Source: a virus (lineage: Duplodnaviria; Caudoviricetes). From it: DNA of 55,037 nucleotides. The notes beneath the pieces are model-generated. The model did no database searches. It was not told the origin of the DNA and saw only the letters and a list, made by a program, of their open reading frames with translations. The stretch lies in IMG/VR virus record IMGVR_UViG_3300032223_002281, positions 1-55,037 of that record; one strand, given 5' to 3'. This document shows positions 1 through 8,866 of the stretch, in pieces (position 1 is the first letter of the stretch; every line of letters starts with the position of its first letter). The position numbers were made by a program, and so were the translations under genes.

Positions 1-323
1 AAAACCTGATCCCAGTCTTTTGTTAATTGATAAGGTTTAGAAATAAATAAAAAATGAGTATAGTCTTTTAACTTTTGATTTTCTACACATTGTTTTCTAT
101 AAAACCATGGACTTATTAATTCATCCCACCAAACTGGATTATAAAAAACATTTTTATATTTAATAAACTTTTCGTATCTAGTTAAATTATTTTGATCATC
201 TATATATATATCAACGTCAACACTATTTGCTTGTGAAATTAAATTATCCACAACATCAATTAATTCAGTTTGTTTATAACCGTATATATGAACAAAGATT
301 TTATTTATGCTAATGGAATCCAA
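1..323 (-). CDS. Partial ORF (runs off window), GT60/Gnt1-like GlcNAc glycosyltransferase N-terminus
   Basis: Hand-translated open frame missing from the ORF track: ...KIFVHIYGYKQTELIDVVDNLISQA...IDDQ...WFYRKQC...YTHFLFISKPYQLTKDWDQV. Resembles the IFVSIASYRD...YxLQIDSHxxFxxxWD pattern, but the DSH motif is not conserved. Confidence 0.45.
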   Translation of the reverse strand, partial: MDSISINKIFVHIYGYKQTELIDVVDNLISQANSVDVDIYIDDQNNLTRYEKFIKYKNVFYNPVWWDELISPWFYRKQCVENQKLKDYTHFLFISKPYQLTKDWDQV

Positions 324-955
324 TGCTGCTCCTTAGAATTAGCAATTTCGCTTAGAGGAACAACGTCATAGGCAATTGTTATTCTAAAATCATCTTTTTC
401 CCAACTTTGAATGCCATGTGGATGACCTGTTTCTGACAAAATTGCACGATTATTAACGTTTACATTTGCAAATCTTTCACCATTAATTCCACCTATTTTA
501 TAATAAGTATTTGATGGTTCTGCATTTACACAATAATATCCATGAAAATCTGGAGCGCCTTTTCCATTCATATGGTCGTGCAAAAATTCATCTGGCAAAG
601 GTTCTGGTTTTTTAAACTTATCAAAGTTAAACCATCCTTGAATCATATAATTTTTTTCTTTAAAATCAATACCATAATAATCGCATGCTTCTTTAATCAT
701 TTCTGAAACTGCTGAATATAAATTATGTATTTCTTTATTATGAAATTGAAAAACATTATATTGCATGCCAAGTTTAGTTGCTACTGCATCAAATTTTAAT
801 CTTGCAAAATCTTCCCGAGTAATTCCAGGAACCATTCCATCTGACATCTCTTTCATCTTGATAGATAAAAAATTTGTTAAAGAAACTAAATCATTGTCAA
901 GTTTTCTTTCAAAAAATTTGTGTTTTGGTTTTTCTATCATAGTAACGGTATCCAA
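305..955 (-). CDS. Putative 2OG-Fe(II) oxygenase (cupin/DSBH), paralog of next gene
   Basis: HDH...FHGYY...GHPH...RITIAYD; likely ATG start at 940. Confidence 0.65.
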   Translation of the reverse strand: MDTVTMIEKPKHKFFERKLDNDLVSLTNFLSIKMKEMSDGMVPGITREDFARLKFDAVATKLGMQYNVFQFHNKEIHNLYSAVSEMIKEACDYYGIDFKEKNYMIQGWFNFDKFKKPEPLPDEFLHDHMNGKGAPDFHGYYCVNAEPSNTYYKIGGINGERFANVNVNNRAILSETGHPHGIQSWEKDDFRITIAYDVVPLSEIANSKEQHWIPLA

Positions 956-1599
956 TGCTGTTCGGATGTATTTGCATTAATTAATGACTGCAAAGGAACA
1001 ATGTCATATGCAACAGTAATTCTTGGTCCATCCCAATCCCAATCTGCTTGTGCATGTGGGTGACCCATTTCTGAAATAATCATTCTATTATCAATGTTGT
1101 TATTTGCTACTTCTCTTTGTGGATCATTAAATATTCTATAATAGGTAACTGATGGCTCTGCTTTTACAGAATAATATCCATGAAAATGTGGAGCAAAAGG
1201 TCCACCATGATCATGCCAATTTAATTTTCCAGTTTTATTATAATTAACATTAAACCAACCTTGTACCATGTAATTTTGTTTGTCAAAATCAACATCGTAA
1301 TATTCGCATGCTTCTCTAGTTACTTCTGAGATTGCTTTGTATAAAGTATAAAGGTCTTTGTTTAAAAATTGAAAAACATTATATTCTCTCCACTTTACAG
1401 TTGAAATACTACCAGATTCAGTCCAAAACTCTTTATCTCCTAAAGTTTTAATACCTGGCAAAGTTGCATTTTTAATTTTATCTGACTGCATTAAAAGATA
1501 ATTTACAAGTTTGGTTGTATCAATATCTAAATGTTTGTCAAAGAACTTATGTTCTTTTGTGCTCATGGCTTCTCCTTTTAACATATTATTATTATACAC
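937..1599 (-). CDS. Putative 2OG-Fe(II) oxygenase
   Basis: WHDH...FHGYY...GHPH...RITVAYD; tandem paralog sharing the EQHWIPL C-terminus. Confidence 0.65.
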   Translation of the reverse strand: MYNNNMLKGEAMSTKEHKFFDKHLDIDTTKLVNYLLMQSDKIKNATLPGIKTLGDKEFWTESGSISTVKWREYNVFQFLNKDLYTLYKAISEVTREACEYYDVDFDKQNYMVQGWFNVNYNKTGKLNWHDHGGPFAPHFHGYYSVKAEPSVTYYRIFNDPQREVANNNIDNRMIISEMGHPHAQADWDWDGPRITVAYDIVPLQSLINANTSEQHWIPLL

Positions 1600-2336
1600 T
1601 ATAGGTATTCTTTTCTTCTCCAGGCATATTTTTTATAGTAACCAAATAGTCTGCTTCTTCTATTTTCTAGTTCATAGTCTTTTTTATCAATTTCTTTTTC
1701 ATCTGCAGAAACTTCCATTTTCCAGTCTTCCCTTTTAAACGGAATTAATTGAAAAATTGGTGTTCCTCTTGGTATAGTTCCAATAAAATTCTTTTTTAAA
1801 AAGAAAGTAACAAAAACTGGAATACCCATTAAATCCGATTCAATAATTCCAGATGGCACTATAAAAGGTAGGTCAAACCTATTCATTGGGTGTGTTAATA
1901 AAATAGAATAGCCTGGTGGAGTTTCATAATACCAGTGCATTCTAAAACCAAAGTGTATTGGGTGATATCCTGCAGGAATTGGTATATCAGCAATATATCT
2001 TTTATCAAGCATTAAAAAATCTTCATTGTCCCAAGAAATGTAAGGCTTTCCATCTGGATCTAAAGTAACGTTAAGATCTTCTGTAAGTCGATACATGTAG
2101 CCAGCAGTCATGGCATCTCTAAATGGGTAGCACATTTTTGTTGAAACATTTGCACCGTCTGTACCCCTATCATTAACAGGATTTAAAAACTCTACTTTAT
2201 TTGTATTATAATGTTGTGCTAAATCTTTATACCATTCTGGAATATGTTTTATTGCAGGCTCAGGAGGCAAAACATTTAAATTATTATACATGTTTATGTC
2301 ACTTGGTAAAAATTTAATTTTATTGCTCAATGCCAT
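1599..2336 (-). CDS. DUF6065-like / dUTPase-fold hypothetical protein
   Basis: PEWYK...KMCYPFRDAMTAGY...GTPIFQLIPFKR pattern. Confidence 0.55.
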   Translation of the reverse strand: MALSNKIKFLPSDINMYNNLNVLPPEPAIKHIPEWYKDLAQHYNTNKVEFLNPVNDRGTDGANVSTKMCYPFRDAMTAGYMYRLTEDLNVTLDPDGKPYISWDNEDFLMLDKRYIADIPIPAGYHPIHFGFRMHWYYETPPGYSILLTHPMNRFDLPFIVPSGIIESDLMGIPVFVTFFLKKNFIGTIPRGTPIFQLIPFKREDWKMEVSADEKEIDKKDYELENRRSRLFGYYKKYAWRRKEYL

Positions 2337-3046
2337 TCCTTTTTATGCCAAAAATTTTTTTTATAATAATTAAAAAATTTACTTCTAATTAACATCCTTT
2401 GCTTTTTTTGGTTATCTTTTGAATCTTTGTATTCAATATATTGACTTGTCCAAGCATCTCTTTTAAAAGGAATTACTTGAGCAATTGGAGTTCCTTTTTC
2501 TATAATACCCTTAAAAGTGTTTTCAACTTTAAAAGATAAAAACCCCTCACTCATATACGAGTCAGTATCAATAATCCCTGGAACAATTTCAAATGGTTGA
2601 TGATCTTGATGCATTGGTTTTATAAAAAGAGCGCTATATCCATCTGATGTTTTAATTGACCACATAGGATTAATTCTTAAAACATCTTTATGCATATTTG
2701 GTGGCATTGGGTAATGTGTGACTTGCTCTGGAGAATGTGTAGTAAAAAGTTCTTTCTTTAATCCAGCAATAGCAATTGGAATATTATAATCAAGTTTAGA
2801 AGGATCAGTTGCATCTACATAAATATCTACTGGGCAATATAAAGTATATCCAGCAGTAAGTGCATCAAAAACAGGCATACATTTTTTAATAGTAGAACCA
2901 GAAACACCTTTTTTTAAAAATTCTTCTTTATTAACATATGCTGGTTGTTTTCTATACCATTCTGGTACATTTCTATGTGTAGGTGTTGGTTTATCTATTA
3001 AACCTTCTGCATCATCACTCCATGGATGAAATTCAATATTTGGCAT
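2327..3046 (-). CDS. DUF6065-like hypothetical protein (paralog)
   Basis: PEWYR...KKCMPVFDALTAGY...GTPIAQVIPFKR. Confidence 0.55.
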   Translation of the reverse strand: MPNIEFHPWSDDAEGLIDKPTPTHRNVPEWYRKQPAYVNKEEFLKKGVSGSTIKKCMPVFDALTAGYTLYCPVDIYVDATDPSKLDYNIPIAIAGLKKELFTTHSPEQVTHYPMPPNMHKDVLRINPMWSIKTSDGYSALFIKPMHQDHQPFEIVPGIIDTDSYMSEGFLSFKVENTFKGIIEKGTPIAQVIPFKRDAWTSQYIEYKDSKDNQKKQRMLIRSKFFNYYKKNFWHKKEWH

Positions 3047-3714
3047 TATGCCCTTCTTTCTTTGCTATTATAAAAATTATAAATTTGATTATAATCATTT
3101 TTATTAATTTTTATTTTAATATCATACATTGCTGTACCTATACTAATTTTACCATGCTCTGAATTTAGCATATGCTCACCATTTTTTTTAAATAAAAAAT
3201 TAACAAAGTTTGGTTCTATAATTATAACATCTGTGTTATTTTTTTTAAAAATACCTTCTTCAATAAGAAAAGGGGTTTTTTCATCTTGTACTTGCAAAAT
3301 TTCAAAATCAATGTCAAGATCTACAAACCATGGACAATAAAACTTATAAGTAGTTAAAAAACAATTTTTATTTTTCATTTGTTTATTAGATGGATAAAAC
3401 TGTCTTATCCATGGTCTATCTAAAAAATAAAAACCTTCATTATAATTTTTTTTAATCCAAATTTCTGCATGAGTTCTTTGCCTTAAATATAAATAACCAT
3501 CTTCATATTTAATTAAGTCTGGTTTTGGATATAAATGATAAACGTAATCATTAATTGGTTTAATTAATGAGTTAGCAATATAATTATTAGATAAAATATA
3601 TTGATATTCAACATATAGTCGTCTACAATTACTTTTGTTTACAATTTCAGAAAACTTTAAGTTTGCCGAATTTGCCCAAAATTCAGATGCCTTAGGATTT
3701 CTATCCCCACGCAT
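3046..3714 (-). CDS. Hypothetical protein, possibly a distant member of the same family
   Basis: 222-aa ORF coupled to both neighbours; YKFYCPWFV and GTAMYDI echo the paralog motifs weakly. Confidence 0.5.
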   Translation of the reverse strand: MRGDRNPKASEFWANSANLKFSEIVNKSNCRRLYVEYQYILSNNYIANSLIKPINDYVYHLYPKPDLIKYEDGYLYLRQRTHAEIWIKKNYNEGFYFLDRPWIRQFYPSNKQMKNKNCFLTTYKFYCPWFVDLDIDFEILQVQDEKTPFLIEEGIFKKNNTDVIIIEPNFVNFLFKKNGEHMLNSEHGKISIGTAMYDIKIKINKNDYNQIYNFYNSKERRA

Positions 3715-3719
3715 ATGAA

Positions 3720-5084
3720 CTACTTATTGTGAGTAACTACGTCGCCTGCAATAATTAAGTCAACTGGCTCAGCGCTGAATGTATAAACTGTTTTTGAACC
3801 AGTTAATACGTCCATGCTGTTAACAACAACTTCATCTGTTTCTCCAGTTGTTGGATTATACTTAAATATTGAATCTCCAACTTCAATTTCAGCAACCATT
3901 GAGAATACATAATTTGATACTCCCTCTACAGTCTTTTTTACCAAAATTGGATGCTCTAAAGTAAATTGTGCAGAATGATCATTATTGAAGCAAACTGTTT
4001 GGCTTCTTACACTTTCTTCAATATCAATAATTGTTGTTTCAGCATCTGCTGTAAAAGTTAGTGAATCTGACTTCCACATAAATACTTCATAATCTGGCTC
4101 ATCTTGATTAATTTCAGAATAGGTAATAGAGTAAATAGTATCTCCAATTGATATATCTTTTGCTTGCTTAGCAATAATATTTCCATTAGAATCTTTTAAA
4201 GTTACCTTGCCAGTTTCAGGGTCGGTTGATTGTGTTCCAACTCCTGGACCAGTTCTAATAAATGTTTCACCATCGATACATCTAATTCCATAGTTTCTTG
4301 GAGAGAATCCAAATGGAGAAAATCCAAATGGTGAGAATCCAAATACACCGAATGGAGAAAATCCAAATGGTGAGAATCCAAATACACCGAATGGTGAGAA
4401 TCCGAACACACCAAATGGTGAGAATCCAAAAACTGAAAATGGCGCAAATGAAAATGATGATGTAATTGATCCAGATGTACCAGTTCCACCATCTCCATTA
4501 GCATTTGTTGCATAAACTGTATAAGTTTGTGCAGTTCCTGATTCTTGTGCAACTGTAATAGAAGTAGACCCTGTATTTCCAGACTTTCCATCAGAAGATG
4601 TCCAGTGGTAGTTTGTAATTCCAGATCCACCATTTGCTGGTGCTGACCATGAAACTGTATCTGTTGCAGTATTTGCAGTTCCTTGAGGTACTGTTGCATC
4701 TCCAGATGCTACTGTAGATACTGAAGGAGTTCCAACTGTATCTGGCACTGTAGTTGCAGTAATTGCTGCTGTTGCACCAGATGAATCAGAAGTTCCATAA
4801 CTATTAGTTGCAGTTACAGTAAAGGTATAAGATGTATTTGACCGCAATCCTGTTACAGAAATTGGAGAAGAGGAACCTGTTCCAGTATATCCATCAGGAG
4901 AAGAAGTGACAGTAAAAGATGTTGCTGCATTTCTTGGATCAGCAGTAAAAGTAACATCTGCCCGTCCATTGTTAAATGGTCGACCTGATCCTACATCAGT
5001 TGCTGTTCCAATCGTTGGTGCATATGGTGCTAAGAAGTCATTCGCACCCTGTGCGTGACCACCAATTTTCTTATTTACTGCCAT
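3720..5084 (-). CDS. Virion-associated protein: FN3-like domains, FGFSP repeats, C-terminal Hint domain
   Basis: GLRSNTSYTFTVTATN (FN3). Hint begins CIDGET (Cys codon at 4280), block B TLEHP, ends VVTHN-K-stop. Confidence 0.8.
   Translation of the reverse strand: MAVNKKIGGHAQGANDFLAPYAPTIGTATDVGSGRPFNNGRADVTFTADPRNAATSFTVTSSPDGYTGTGSSSPISVTGLRSNTSYTFTVTATNSYGTSDSSGATAAITATTVPDTVGTPSVSTVASGDATVPQGTANTATDTVSWSAPANGGSGITNYHWTSSDGKSGNTGSTSITVAQESGTAQTYTVYATNANGDGGTGTSGSITSSFSFAPFSVFGFSPFGVFGFSPFGVFGFSPFGFSPFGVFGFSPFGFSPFGFSPRNYGIRCIDGETFIRTGPGVGTQSTDPETGKVTLKDSNGNIIAKQAKDISIGDTIYSITYSEINQDEPDYEVFMWKSDSLTFTADAETTIIDIEESVRSQTVCFNNDHSAQFTLEHPILVKKTVEGVSNYVFSMVAEIEVGDSIFKYNPTTGETDEVVVNSMDVLTGSKTVYTFSAEPVDLIIAGDVVTHNK
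4299..4454 (-). repeat. Coding tandem repeat (FGFSP / FGVFGFSP)n
   Basis: FSFAPFSVFGFSPFGVFGFSPFGVFGFSPFGFSPFGVFGFSPFGFSPFGFSP. Confidence 0.95.
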
Positions 5085-5115
5085 TTTTTATCTCCTTATT
5101 CCTATTAGAATTTTA

Positions 5116-6741
5116 TTATGCTGACAAATCTCCGTAAAGAACCCAAGTATCGGTTGCTCTCTTAAATAGAGTTGCGCCTGACCACTGTGTTCTTAACTTT
5201 AGTCCTGGTGTTGCGTTAATTGTAACTCCAGCATTTGCTGCTACAGTAATTTGTCCTGTTCCAGTTTGAAGAATATCGATAGATGTTCCTACTGGATAAG
5301 CAACTGTTGAATTTGTAGGAACTGTAAGTGTAACTGCTGAACCAGATGCAATTTCAATTACAGAATCTCTTTCAGAAAGTGCTGAAAGTGTGTAAGATGC
5401 TGTTTTTTGTACGATTGGTGTACGTGAAGGAACGCCTTCTTTAGTTTGTGTTCCATCAGTAAAAATTATTCCTGAAGAATCTACAGTTACTCCACCAGTA
5501 AATGATGGTGATGCTTTAGGTGCTTTAGATGCAACAGTAGTTGTTAATGCTGATGCTGCAGATTCATCTGAGGCCAATTGTGTAGCAATTTCTCCCAAAG
5601 TATCTAATGCTCCTGGTGCAGCATTGACAAGATTTGTAATTGCTGTTTGAACATATGCTGTTGTAGCAATTTGTGTTGTATTAGTTCCTGAAGATGCTGT
5701 TGGTGCTGCTGGTGTACCAGTAAAGGTTGGAGAAGCAACTGGTGCTTTTGCAGTCAATGCTGAATCCAAACCTGAAACTTTTGATGTTGAGATGGCTGCT
5801 GAAGAAGAAATATCTGCATCGACAATTGTTCCATCTGCAATTTTTGCTGATGTAATTGCAGAGTCTGCAATTTTAGCAGTTGTAACTGCTGTATCTGCAA
5901 TTTTTGCTGTAGTTACATTTGCATCAAGAATTTTAACAGTTGTTACTGCATCAGAAGCAATCTTTGTTGCTGTTACAGAAGCATCTGAAGGTGTACGTGC
6001 ATTTGAAAGACGTGAATCAGATGTGTAAACAAGGTTAGCAGTATCTGAGATACCATGTACGCTTGTTGTTGCTGTATTGTGCGCTGTTAATGCTGAAGAA
6101 GCAGCAGATGTAGCACCTGTTTGTGCATCAGAAGCCTTATTATCTGCATAAGACTTAGTTGCAAGTGCTGAAGTATCTGCAATTCCATGAACGTTAGTAG
6201 TTGTTGATTTATGTGAGTTTAGGTTTGTAACCCCATCCGCAATATTTACACCATAAGTACTTAATGTACCAGTATGTGTTGAAACTGTAGACTGCAAAGA
6301 ATTATATTCAGATGTAAGTGTGCTTACATCACTTCCTAAACCATTTAAAGTTGTATCAATTTGTGCAATATTTCCAACAAGTGTACCAGCAAGGCTTGAA
6401 CCATTACCAATAATTGTTGCAATTTCATTAAGTGTGTCAAGTGCTGCTGGAGCACCTGCAATAATATTACCAAGTTGTGCAGATGGAATATTTCCAGTGT
6501 TATCAAGTGTTGCTACACCATTATGAGCACCTTTTTGTGTAAGAAGGATATAGTCATCTAAAGAAGATCCAAGATCTTCAAGGTTTTTAAAGTAAGAGAG
6601 ATCGCTCCAATTTGAAACCCCATCGCCAAGTTTGAATTGATTGGTATCTGTTTCTACTCCAATTTCACCAGCAGCAAGTACTGGATCTGCGCTTGTCCAT
6701 TGTGTAGAAGTTCCTCTACGCTGTTGCATTCTTGTTGTCAT
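5116..6741 (-). CDS. Tail fibre protein (Mtd_N/hyaluronidase-type N-terminus, C-terminal adaptor domain)
   Basis: QQRRGTSTQW...GEIGVETDT...KLGDG; VTTAKIAD repeats; SPTFTGTP; ends TWVLYGDLSA. Confidence 0.8.
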   Translation of the reverse strand: MTTRMQQRRGTSTQWTSADPVLAAGEIGVETDTNQFKLGDGVSNWSDLSYFKNLEDLGSSLDDYILLTQKGAHNGVATLDNTGNIPSAQLGNIIAGAPAALDTLNEIATIIGNGSSLAGTLVGNIAQIDTTLNGLGSDVSTLTSEYNSLQSTVSTHTGTLSTYGVNIADGVTNLNSHKSTTTNVHGIADTSALATKSYADNKASDAQTGATSAASSALTAHNTATTSVHGISDTANLVYTSDSRLSNARTPSDASVTATKIASDAVTTVKILDANVTTAKIADTAVTTAKIADSAITSAKIADGTIVDADISSSAAISTSKVSGLDSALTAKAPVASPTFTGTPAAPTASSGTNTTQIATTAYVQTAITNLVNAAPGALDTLGEIATQLASDESAASALTTTVASKAPKASPSFTGGVTVDSSGIIFTDGTQTKEGVPSRTPIVQKTASYTLSALSERDSVIEIASGSAVTLTVPTNSTVAYPVGTSIDILQTGTGQITVAANAGVTINATPGLKLRTQWSGATLFKRATDTWVLYGDLSA

Positions 6742-6798
6742 TTTATCTCTCCTTTGTACGGGCTGCGTACGACTTTCTAATTATTAAATTTTCTTTCA

Positions 6799-8319
6799 TT
6801 ATGCTACCCCGCCACCATCGAGTATTAGATTAAATGAACCAATATGATCAAATGCATACTGAACAAAGGCAGTAGTTGCAATTTGAGTTGTATTTGTTCC
6901 ACCTGTTGCTGTTGGAGCATGTGGTGTTCCAGTTAACGTTGGTGATCCAAGGTTTGCTTTAAGATCAAGTGCTGTTTGAGTTGCTGTTGATACTGGCTTA
7001 GCAGAATCTGCAGTGTTATCAACTGATCCGAGTCCTACCATAGACTTTGTAATTCCTGAAACAGTTCCAGTGAATGTAGGTGAAGCAAGTGGTGCCTTAA
7101 GTGCTACATTTGAAATTGTTTCATATGTTGATGCTGCTGTAGTAGAAGCAAGTTTTGCATCTAATGCTGTTTGAGTAGCAGTAGAAATTGGCTTATTGGC
7201 ATCTGAGGTATTGTCAACATTTCCAAGACCAACCATAGACTTTGTAATACCTGCTACAGTTCCTGTAAAGGTAGGAGAAGCAATTGGAGCCTTAGCATCT
7301 AATGCTGTTTGAGTTGCTGTGGAGACTGGTTTGTTTGAATCAGAAGTATTATCAACATTGCCAAGTCCTACCATAGATTTTGTAATACCTTGAACTGTTC
7401 CAGTAAAGGTTGGATTTGCAGAAGGTGCCTTAGTTCCTACCAAAGTAGCAAGTGATGCTGCTGTTGATTCATCTGCTGTAAGTGCATCTGCAAGTTCCTT
7501 AAGTGTATTAAGGGCTTCTGGTGCTGAGTTTACAACTGCTGCAACTGCAGTAGATGCTGCATTATCAGCATATGTTTTTGTTGCAAGAGCAGAAGTATCT
7601 GCAATACCGTGAATATTTGTTGTATCTGCTTCATGTGAAGCAAGAGCATTTGCTGCTGTAGTTTCTGCACCTGACTTAGCATTATTAGCCTTTGTAGTTG
7701 CATCTGATGCAGCAGCAGTCTGTGCATCAGAAGCCTTGCCATCTGCATATGTTTTTGTTGCAATTGTTGAGTCAACTGCTACTGTAATTGTATTCGCTGA
7801 ATCATTATAGGTCTTTGTAATACCTGATCCCGCAGTAAGTGCTGAGTTAACAGCATCTTGTGAAAGTTCTGTAATATCTGCTGAATTAGCCTTAAGATCA
7901 AGAGCAGCCTGGGTTGCTGTTGAAACAGGCTTATTAGCATCAGATGTATTATCTGCATTTCCGAGGCCAACCATGGCCTTTGTAACGCCTGCTACTGTTC
8001 CAGTAAATGTTGGGTTATTGATTGGAGCCTTAGTTGCAAGGTCAGAAGTCATTGTTCCGATAAAGTCTGGGTTATCGCCAATAGAGGCTGCTAACTCATT
8101 AAGTGTATTAAGTAGGTCTGGTGCACCATCAATAAGGTCTTGAATGGCTGCTGCAGCATCTGCGGTAAAGTAGACAAGATCTGCCCAACGGTTAGTTCCA
8201 TCACCAATCTTAAATTTGTTTGTATCAATTTCAAAACCAATTTCTGCTGCTGCAAGAATAGGGTTTGCTGATGTCCATTGAGAGGCTGTACCTCTACGTT
8301 GCTGTTGTCTAACTGCCAT
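6799..8319 (-). CDS. Tail fibre protein with internal repeats
   Basis: Same Mtd_N-like N-terminus; 4 copies of PTFTGTVxGITKSMVGLGNVDNTSDxNKPVSTATQTALD. Confidence 0.8.
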   Translation of the reverse strand: MAVRQQQRRGTASQWTSANPILAAAEIGFEIDTNKFKIGDGTNRWADLVYFTADAAAAIQDLIDGAPDLLNTLNELAASIGDNPDFIGTMTSDLATKAPINNPTFTGTVAGVTKAMVGLGNADNTSDANKPVSTATQAALDLKANSADITELSQDAVNSALTAGSGITKTYNDSANTITVAVDSTIATKTYADGKASDAQTAAASDATTKANNAKSGAETTAANALASHEADTTNIHGIADTSALATKTYADNAASTAVAAVVNSAPEALNTLKELADALTADESTAASLATLVGTKAPSANPTFTGTVQGITKSMVGLGNVDNTSDSNKPVSTATQTALDAKAPIASPTFTGTVAGITKSMVGLGNVDNTSDANKPISTATQTALDAKLASTTAASTYETISNVALKAPLASPTFTGTVSGITKSMVGLGSVDNTADSAKPVSTATQTALDLKANLGSPTLTGTPHAPTATGGTNTTQIATTAFVQYAFDHIGSFNLILDGGGVA

Positions 8320-8372
8320 TTACTTCCTCCTTATGGGTGCTGCCCACATGTATCTTATTATAACATCAATTT

Positions 8373-8831
8373 TTAATTGAAATTATCTATTGCTATTCCA
8401 CCATCTATAGTAGATGTAAAAGTTGTATCTGATGCATTTCCAGAATCAGTGCTAGATGTCATTGGACTATCTGGAAAACCAGACTCAATATACATGCTAA
8501 CAATTAAACCAGTTCCATCAATTGCTGTATCGTGAATGTGCTGCGGAATATTATGTGTATCATCAAGCGTTGCCTGTGTATACCATGATCCCTCATAATA
8601 GAAATTAACTCTATTTGTTATAGTATCTAACCATTGTGTTCCATTAGTTGGTGAAGAGGGAGCAGCATCTCCGACAGCCATTGAGCGTGAATCGACATAC
8701 TCCTTTGTTGCTGCGTGTACATTAAGAGTAGGTGTTCCTACTTCAACTGCCCCGCCAAATGAACCGCCGTTTGTTACGATCAGGCCATTCTTAACTCTGA
8801 AGTCTTTATCGACTGTCACTGATAATGTCAT
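8373..8831 (-). CDS. Small tail-fibre-associated protein
   Basis: KDFRVKNGLIV shared with next gene; HAATKEYVD; APSSPTNGTQWLD. Confidence 0.6.
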   Translation of the reverse strand: MTLSVTVDKDFRVKNGLIVTNGGSFGGAVEVGTPTLNVHAATKEYVDSRSMAVGDAAPSSPTNGTQWLDTITNRVNFYYEGSWYTQATLDDTHNIPQHIHDTAIDGTGLIVSMYIESGFPDSPMTSSTDSGNASDTTFTSTIDGGIAIDNFN

Positions 8832-8866
8832 TTACTTCTCCCTCTTCCAACTATTTTTATTTTTTA

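Noticed and set aside
244-252. DnaA box TTATCCACA
   Set aside because: Single copy inside a coding frame; expected by chance.
3720-4280. Classical mobile intein
   Set aside because: No homing endonuclease, and no C-extein Cys/Ser/Thr (HN-K-stop); treated as a terminal Hint domain.
4299-4454. Bradykinin-like GFSPF mimicry
   Set aside because: Five-residue coincidence with no biological rationale here.
5116-8319. Diversity-generating retroelement suggested by Mtd_N-like domains
   Set aside because: No reverse transcriptase and no adenine-variant TR/VR pair seen in this window.
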